Virus record (IMG/VR): IMGVR_UViG_3300025120_000150 | Coordinates: 1 to 41,898 of that record | Length of the DNA stretch: 41,898 nucleotides | Reading direction: 5' to 3' (one strand) | Source: a virus | Taxonomy: Duplodnaviria; Caudoviricetes | Shown here: positions 36,032 through 41,898 of the stretch, in pieces | How positions within the stretch are numbered: position 1 is the first letter of the stretch | How the letters are laid out: each line of letters starts with the position of its first letter | The notes under the pieces: model-generated | Seen by the model: the letters and a program-made list of their open reading frames with translations, nothing else | What the model was told of the DNA's origin: nothing | Databases searched by the model: none | Position numbers and translations under genes: made by a program

Positions 36032-36892
36032 ATGGCAGCATTCCCATCCGCTGGCGCAAATTCCGCAGCTAATTTTATTTCTGAAGTTTTCAGTAAAAAA
36101 TTACAAGCGAAATTCTATGCCAATACGGTACTACCACAAGTTAGCAACACTGACTACGAAGGTGAAATATCAGGTCAAGGTAATAAAGTTATTATCAGAA
36201 CCGTTCCTGATGTCACTGTAGCTGACTACACAGGTACTATCTCGTATGCCGATTTAACCACTACTAAAGTTGAACTGAATATAGACAAAGCAAAGAGCTA
36301 TGCGTTTAAAGTAGACGATGTTGTGAAAGCACAAAGTAATTTCGATTACTGGAATGCCGCTGCACAAGACGCTGCTGAATCCATGAAACTTGCCGTTGAA
36401 ACTGACGTGTTTACAAACATAGTCAGCACATTTACACCTGCGGTTGTAGATGCTACTTCAACAACGAGTGCAAATATTCTTGGAAAAATCTTAGATGCAG
36501 GACAGACGCTTGACGAAAATAACATCCCAGAGACAGGAAGATTTATCATCCTTTCTCCGCAGTATGTGAATTTACTCAAACAATCTGATCTTAAAGATGC
36601 CTCTTTAGCTGGTGACGGGACTTCCATGCTTAGAAATGGTCGTGTTGGCATGATTGACAGATTTACGGTTTACATGAGTAATAACTTACTCAAACCTGCT
36701 TCTGGATCAGATGCTAATAAGACTCATACTATTTATGGTCATCCTAAAGCCATGAGCTTTGCTTCTCAGTTCACGAACACAGAATCTGTAAGAATGGAAA
36801 CTTCTTTCGGTGATGGTGTTAGAGGCTTGAAAGTCTACGGTTACAAAACCGTAGTACCGACAGCTGGTGGTGTGATTAAGTTCAGCGTCTAG
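36032..36892 (+). CDS. Major capsid protein
   Basis: NFISEVFSKKL..NTDYEGEI..G..V.I..LDENNIPETGR..GRVGMIDRFTVYMSNNL..FGDGVRGLKVYG. Confidence 0.92.
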   Translation: MAAFPSAGANSAANFISEVFSKKLQAKFYANTVLPQVSNTDYEGEISGQGNKVIIRTVPDVTVADYTGTISYADLTTTKVELNIDKAKSYAFKVDDVVKAQSNFDYWNAAAQDAAESMKLAVETDVFTNIVSTFTPAVVDATSTTSANILGKILDAGQTLDENNIPETGRFIILSPQYVNLLKQSDLKDASLAGDGTSMLRNGRVGMIDRFTVYMSNNLLKPASGSDANKTHTIYGHPKAMSFASQFTNTESVRMETSFGDGVRGLKVYGYKTVVPTAGGVIKFSV

Positions 36893-36945
36893 TATTAGAT
36901 AGTTAAAGTAGAACCCCTTGCAGGGTTTATAACTCAACTGCAACG

Positions 36946-36985
36946 GAGAGAGGTATACCCCGATACGCTCTCTCACTTTTTTTTT
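36946..36985 (+). terminator. Rho-independent terminator after the capsid gene
   Basis: GAGAGAG..GTAT/ATAC..CTCTCTC stem followed by a T9 tract. Confidence 0.8.
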
Positions 36986-37001
36986 AAACCATAATTGGGG
37001 A

Positions 37002-37202
37002 ATGAAATTATTTATACAAACTCCACATGGTTTTCGTCATTTAGGCGATCTTGATGAAGACGGTTTTTTTGAACCATCTGTCGAGTTTGAAGAAGTAAAT
37101 CCACATGAAGTATCTATACCTATGAGTGATAGTGAGATACATCCAGATTCCTTAATGGAGTTATTAGGATTACTTCCAATAGATAATAAAACCATACATT
37201 AA
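37002..37202 (+). CDS. Hypothetical acidic protein
   Basis: 66-aa ORF in the structural operon. Confidence 0.55.
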   Translation: MKLFIQTPHGFRHLGDLDEDGFFEPSVEFEEVNPHEVSIPMSDSEIHPDSLMELLGLLPIDNKTIH

Positions 37203-37210
37203 AGGTAAAT

Positions 37211-37882
37211 ATGGCTACGGTAAAAGTAATAGATTTAATAGATAGAGCAGAAACTGTGTTGCAAGACACAACTAATACGCGTTGGGCGCAAGCTGAACTA
37301 TTAGGTTATTTAAATGATGCACAAAGAGAAATTGTCATGCAACGTCCTGATGCAAAAGTAACGAATGCAACTTTTACTTGTGCGGCTTCAAGCAAACAAA
37401 CTTTGCCAGCAGGCGCTTTAAGATTAATAGACGTTATAAGAAACGCTACCGGAAAGGCCGTTACGCAAATTGATAGAAAGGTATTGGACGTACAAAACCC
37501 TTCTTGGCACATAGGATCTGGAAATACAACAGTTGAACATTTTATGTATGACCCAACCGATCCAAAGAATTTTTATGTTTATCCTGTACCTACAAATTCA
37601 GTACAAATAAACATAGCGTTTAGTGAATCTACTACTGACATTACTATTGCTAATTACGCAACCAGTACAGACACCATAGGCTTAGATGATACTTACGCAA
37701 ATGCTATTTTAGATTACATGCTTTACAGGTCTTATCAAAAAGATTCTGACTTTGCTGGCAATATGCAAAAAGTAGCAACTCATTATCAATCCTTTGCTAA
37801 TTCTATAGGGCTAAAAACTAGAGCTGATTTAGTTATTACGCCTCAAGCAAATGAAATGAGATCAGGAATACAGGCGGTTTAG
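37211..37882 (+). CDS. Head-tail adaptor (DUF6682-like)
   Basis: LQD..NTRW..ELLGYLNDAQREI..RPD..FYVYP..AILDYMLYRSYQKD. Confidence 0.8.
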   Translation: MATVKVIDLIDRAETVLQDTTNTRWAQAELLGYLNDAQREIVMQRPDAKVTNATFTCAASSKQTLPAGALRLIDVIRNATGKAVTQIDRKVLDVQNPSWHIGSGNTTVEHFMYDPTDPKNFYVYPVPTNSVQINIAFSESTTDITIANYATSTDTIGLDDTYANAILDYMLYRSYQKDSDFAGNMQKVATHYQSFANSIGLKTRADLVITPQANEMRSGIQAV

Positions 37883-38533
37883 ATGGCAAATATAAAATAC
37901 ACAGACTTAGCTTACTTGGTGCAATCAGAACTTCCTGGGTGTCCGTTGTTTGTTATAGAAAGAGCCATGCGTGAAACCGCAATAGATTTTTTTACAAAAA
38001 CAGACATACACATTCAAGAATTAGAAGAGGTATTAACAATATCAGGAGAAAAAGAATACGATTTAAGCGCACCGCAAGGATCAGACATAAACCATGTGGT
38101 TGATGTATTTAGAAATCAGACTCCAGCAAGTAGTTCATACACACCTTTAACAGCAGTAACCATTACTGATTATTACCAAAAACAAGGAAGCGGCAGTCCT
38201 CAGTATTACACCATGACAGACAACGATACAATATTGTTAGCCCCTACCCCTTCGACTTCAGAAACGCTTTACGTACTTTATTCCTTAAAGCCCTCACAAA
38301 CCTCAAGTTCGTTAAATAAGGGTATTGCTAACAGGAACGCAGAATTATTAGCACACGGCACGTTATATCGCTTACAGATGATGCCTGAACAAGCTTGGTC
38401 TAATCCAGCATCAGCTGCTAATAACAAAACGCTTTATGACAAACAAATGGGTGATGCCATTCGTAAAGTTAAATATGGTTGGGCAGGTGCAGCGATGACC
38501 GCCACTTACAAAAATTTTGAGACAGGATTTTAA
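37883..38533 (+). CDS. Second adaptor / tail tubular protein
   Basis: ELPGCP..RETAIDF..LAPTP..LKPS..GTLYRLQMMP..WSNP; position after the adaptor. Confidence 0.7.
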   Translation: MANIKYTDLAYLVQSELPGCPLFVIERAMRETAIDFFTKTDIHIQELEEVLTISGEKEYDLSAPQGSDINHVVDVFRNQTPASSSYTPLTAVTITDYYQKQGSGSPQYYTMTDNDTILLAPTPSTSETLYVLYSLKPSQTSSSLNKGIANRNAELLAHGTLYRLQMMPEQAWSNPASAANNKTLYDKQMGDAIRKVKYGWAGAAMTATYKNFETGF

Positions 38534-38535
38534 TT

Positions 38536-38907
38536 ATGGCTTATTCAGACACAATTAATTTAGTCAAAGACGATACAGCACCTGTATTGACAGTAACACT
38601 TAAGGATTCCAATGAAGCCGCTACAGGTCTAACACTTGACCCCGACAATGCAGCTACTTGGAAACCTATAGATCTAACTGGTGCTACTGTGCAGATGTTT
38701 TTTAGACAGTTAGGTTCTACAATTATTAAAGATACGATTACTGGGGCTATTACGGACGCTACAGGCGGTGAATGTACTTTAGGCTGGAATACTGCTTCTT
38801 TAGATACTGCAGGAACTTATGAAGGTGAAATACAAGTAACCTTAAGTTCAGGAAAAATACAGACTGTCTTTGACAAAATTAAATTTAAAGTCAGGGCTGA
38901 CTTTTAG
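38536..38907 (+). CDS. BppU-like / Ig-fold tail protein
   Basis: DTAPVLTVTL..PIDLTGATV..AGTYEGEIQVT..GKIQT. Confidence 0.7.
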   Translation: MAYSDTINLVKDDTAPVLTVTLKDSNEAATGLTLDPDNAATWKPIDLTGATVQMFFRQLGSTIIKDTITGAITDATGGECTLGWNTASLDTAGTYEGEIQVTLSSGKIQTVFDKIKFKVRADF

Positions 38908-38915
38908 GACGGGCA

Positions 38916-39767
38916 GTGGCTTTACGAGCTATTGTCAAAGTATCTGGTTCTTCTACCAGTGCGAATCAATTAGAAAACGGATTAACAGCTGGCTTATCTG
39001 TAACCAGTTTTAAAACTAGCTTTGCTTATGTAAACGCTAAAAGCAATTTAACTTTTGCCAATATTATTGCTTCTGTTGTTACAGACTCAGACAGTAAGCA
39101 TCAATGGTTCTATGATCAATATGCTTTTGCAGATAATCTCACCATACATTTAACTGTAGTTAAGACAGATACCTTTGTATTTACAGATAGCGAAACTTTT
39201 AGTTTTAATAAAGGTTTATTAGATACCCCTACTCTGACAGAAAATTTAGCTAGAGCTACAGGCAAGGTTTTAGCCGATAGCCAGTCTTTATCTGATTTGC
39301 ACAGTATAGGTTTTAGCAGACCTGTAGGATCTACAACCGATGGGTTTACAGACACAGTATCTTTGCATCCGCAATTAAACAGAAGCGATAGTTTCTCTCA
39401 CACCGATACAGTTGCATTATCTCCTACCAAAGGACTATCTGACACTTTTTCTGTGGCAGAAACCCTTGCAAGAACTGTGTCATATAACTTGGCGCGTTCT
39501 GATAGTTTCACTTTAGATGATGTCTTTAGTGGAATGGGAGTTGGGGTTAATAAAGGTAATATCTTTAATTTTTCTGACTCCGCTGTATTTGCAACAGCAA
39601 AAGTGTTTTCGGACACGCAAAGTATGGCAGAAAGTATTGCGCTTTCTTTTAGCCTAGTTAAAACAGATAGTTTGTCTATTACTGATAGTGCAAATGTTCT
39701 TTACATACCAGGCTCACAAGGACGCTTCAATGCCTTTGCTTTTAATGAAATAACTCTAAATGGGTAA
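38916..39767 (+). CDS. Ser/Thr/Asp repeat-rich virion protein
   Basis: Recurrent ~18-aa units K..D(S/T)....D; C-terminal FNAFAFNEITLN. Confidence 0.7.
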   Translation: MALRAIVKVSGSSTSANQLENGLTAGLSVTSFKTSFAYVNAKSNLTFANIIASVVTDSDSKHQWFYDQYAFADNLTIHLTVVKTDTFVFTDSETFSFNKGLLDTPTLTENLARATGKVLADSQSLSDLHSIGFSRPVGSTTDGFTDTVSLHPQLNRSDSFSHTDTVALSPTKGLSDTFSVAETLARTVSYNLARSDSFTLDDVFSGMGVGVNKGNIFNFSDSAVFATAKVFSDTQSMAESIALSFSLVKTDSLSITDSANVLYIPGSQGRFNAFAFNEITLNG

Positions 39768-40200
39768 CTCAATGATAAAAGACGATGGTTTAAAAATGAA
39801 GGGTCGCCTTCAAATATCTCTTAATGACAAAGTAGTACAAGATATAGACAACTTAGTTGTGACCGCTGGTAAAGAGTTTGTGGCTTCAAGAATGAAAGGC
39901 ACAAGCGCTAGTGTAATGTCGCACATGGGAGTCGGAACAGGTACAACTGCCGCAGCAGCGGGTCAAACGACTCTTGTTACTGAAGTAGATAGAAATGCTA
40001 TTGATTCCACAGGTGGATCAGGTGCAAATGTAATCTACACAGCTACATGGGCTGCTGGGGATGGAACGGGCGCTTTAACTGAAGCAGGTATGTTTAATGC
40101 CTCTTCAGGCGGATCAATGCTGTGTCGCACAGTATTTTCTGTTGTAAATAAAGGTGCATCTGACTCTATGACAATAACTTGGACTGTAACAGTAAGCTAA
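39760..40200 (+). CDS. Tail-associated structural protein
   Basis: NLVVTAGK..MGVGTGTTA..L.TE..LTEAGMFNA..RTVFSVVNK..TITWT. Confidence 0.8.
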   Translation: MGNSMIKDDGLKMKGRLQISLNDKVVQDIDNLVVTAGKEFVASRMKGTSASVMSHMGVGTGTTAAAAGQTTLVTEVDRNAIDSTGGSGANVIYTATWAAGDGTGALTEAGMFNASSGGSMLCRTVFSVVNKGASDSMTITWTVTVS

Positions 40201-40216
40201 AAAGGGAGTAATTTAA

Positions 40217-41898
40217 GTGGGCGTAAAATTTAGTAACAACGCCAAAACTACTCTATCTGCAAGCGTAAGCACTAGCGCAACAAGCGTATCAGTTGCAAGT
40301 AGTTCTGGCTTTCCTTCCCTGAGTGGAGGTGATTATTTTTATGCCACAATGGTGCAGCAATCTGATGATACTGCACTTGAGATTGTAAAAGTTACCGCCG
40401 TATCAGGCACAACATGGACAGTATCTAGGGCGCAGGATAATACCAGCGCCACCGCTTTTGCGAGCGGAGATAAAATTGAATTAAGAGCATCGGCTGGTGT
40501 TTTTATAGATCTTTTTGCGGAAAAAGCCCCAATATCCAATCCAACATTTACAGGCAATATCACCATAGGTAGTGCTGAAATAAGTGAAACCGAATTAGAA
40601 ATCCTTGACGGGGCAACCTTAACTACAGATGAACTGAACAAATTAGATGGTACAACCGCAACGGCCTCCTCTCTTACTTACGGAAAAGATTTATACGACT
40701 CAGGCGTAACCGCAGCAGAGTTTGATTACTTAGATGGCGTTACCTCCAACATACAAACACAAATATCCACTAAACTAACTACGCCTTCAGGTTTCGCTAG
40801 AGGCAGCGTCATTATTGGAGATTCAAGTGGCAACCCAGCTAACTTAGGAGCTGGAGCTAATGGATACGTTTTAAAGTCAGATGGCACAGACGTAACTTGG
40901 GCTGAAGACGAAAAAACAACCACAACTAACTTTGTCAAAAATGCTTTTACTGGTGATAACACCACTACGGCATTTACGTTATCACAATCACCTAACAGCG
41001 AAGATAACTTAATAGTATTTATAGAAGGTATATTCCAAAATCAGGGTGACTATACTTTAAGTGGTACAACCCTTACCTTTGATGAAGCACCAGCCTCAGG
41101 CAGAAAAATTGTTGCTTATCATGTTAAGGCAGCAGTATCAGGTGCTAACTTAAACCACGATCAATTTACAGCTTCAGGAAGTTCTACATTTACGCTATCC
41201 ATAACCCCAATCAACGAAAACAATACACAAGTATTTATTGATGGTGTTTATCAGCAAAAAACAGATTACTCAGTATCAGGAACAACACTAACTTTTGATA
41301 CTGCTCCAACCAGCGGAGCAATCGTAGAGGTAATGACCTTTACACAAACAGAAATAAATGTACCTACCACAGGGTCAGTCGTAACAGCCTCTATAGCTAA
41401 CGATGTTAATTTAAATGGAAACCCTACAACTACGACTCAATCTGCTGGTAATAACACAACCAGAATAGCGACTACTGCGTTTGTAGAAACAGCCGTAAGC
41501 AACTTAATAGATTCAGCTCCAGGTACTATGAATACCCTGAATGAAATTGCTGCTGCTTTAGGAGATGATCCTACATTTACAACAACAGTCAATAATGCGA
41601 TAGCCACAAAACTACCACTATCAGGTGGATCTATGACAGGTGATTTGATACTCGGTGATGACGATAAAGCTATCTTTGGAGCAGGTTCAGATTTAAAGAT
41701 TTACCATACAGCAACAGGTAATCACTCAATTATTGAAGAAACTGGTGGAGGCAACTTAGTAGTTAGAACTGATGGTGCACACATTGAATTTGATAAAGGC
41801 TCTACAGAATACATGGCAAGGATGATACCTGATGGCGCAGTTGAACTTTATTATGATTCTGCTTTAAAACTAGCGACAACCAGTACAGGTATAGAAGT
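40217..41898 (+). CDS. Tail fibre / receptor-binding protein, runs off the window end (not in ORF track)
   Basis: GTG start with GGGAG RBS; MGVKFSNNAKTTL..EIVKVTAVSGTTWTVSRAQDNT; two F.....FTL..VFI.G..Q..DY..SGTTLTFD.AP.SG repeats; IATTAFV..APGTMNTLNEIAAALGDDP fibre motif. Confidence 0.85.
   Translation, partial: MGVKFSNNAKTTLSASVSTSATSVSVASSSGFPSLSGGDYFYATMVQQSDDTALEIVKVTAVSGTTWTVSRAQDNTSATAFASGDKIELRASAGVFIDLFAEKAPISNPTFTGNITIGSAEISETELEILDGATLTTDELNKLDGTTATASSLTYGKDLYDSGVTAAEFDYLDGVTSNIQTQISTKLTTPSGFARGSVIIGDSSGNPANLGAGANGYVLKSDGTDVTWAEDEKTTTTNFVKNAFTGDNTTTAFTLSQSPNSEDNLIVFIEGIFQNQGDYTLSGTTLTFDEAPASGRKIVAYHVKAAVSGANLNHDQFTASGSSTFTLSITPINENNTQVFIDGVYQQKTDYSVSGTTLTFDTAPTSGAIVEVMTFTQTEINVPTTGSVVTASIANDVNLNGNPTTTTQSAGNNTTRIATTAFVETAVSNLIDSAPGTMNTLNEIAAALGDDPTFTTTVNNAIATKLPLSGGSMTGDLILGDDDKAIFGAGSDLKIYHTATGNHSIIEETGGGNLVVRTDGAHIEFDKGSTEYMARMIPDGAVELYYDSALKLATTSTGIE

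Noticed and set aside
40945-41340. Diversity-generating retroelement TR/VR pair
   Set aside because: The repeats are diverged protein-domain duplications without adenine-specific differences, and no reverse transcriptase is in the window.
1-41898. Stop-codon recoding or introns/inteins
   Set aside because: Core genes (terL, dnaB, portal, capsid, int) are full length in the standard code with no evident insertions.

Overview
AT-rich temperate dsDNA phage, most likely a marine podovirus-like phage of a proteobacterium. It is seen in the free or excised form, because attP is intact and has phage DNA on both sides. The window starts inside the internal-virion genes and ends inside a tail fibre. 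Order: giant polyvalent virion protein (295-7608); putative lysis genes; a five-gene cassette encoding CsgF, CsgG, a curlin-repeat protein, a FecR-domain protein and a CHASE2 class III nucleotide cyclase (8443-13169); attP containing the 3' part of tRNA-Ile(GAT) with Int arm repeats; int/xis; a leftward recombination operon (ERF, YqaJ exonuclease, SSB-like, tandem CsrA-like, DUF1289-like); a CI-like repressor plus a winged-helix gene; a rightward replication operon (HTH initiator, DnaB, Ref-like HNH); a leftward early accessory operon (C5-MTase-like, DUF2958 and others); then terminase, portal, scaffold, capsid, adaptors and tail genes. The best candidate for an undescribed system is the curli-pore / FecR / CHASE2-cyclase cassette, which looks like a phage-encoded trans-envelope signalling device. 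All family assignments come from motif recognition by eye; no database search was run.
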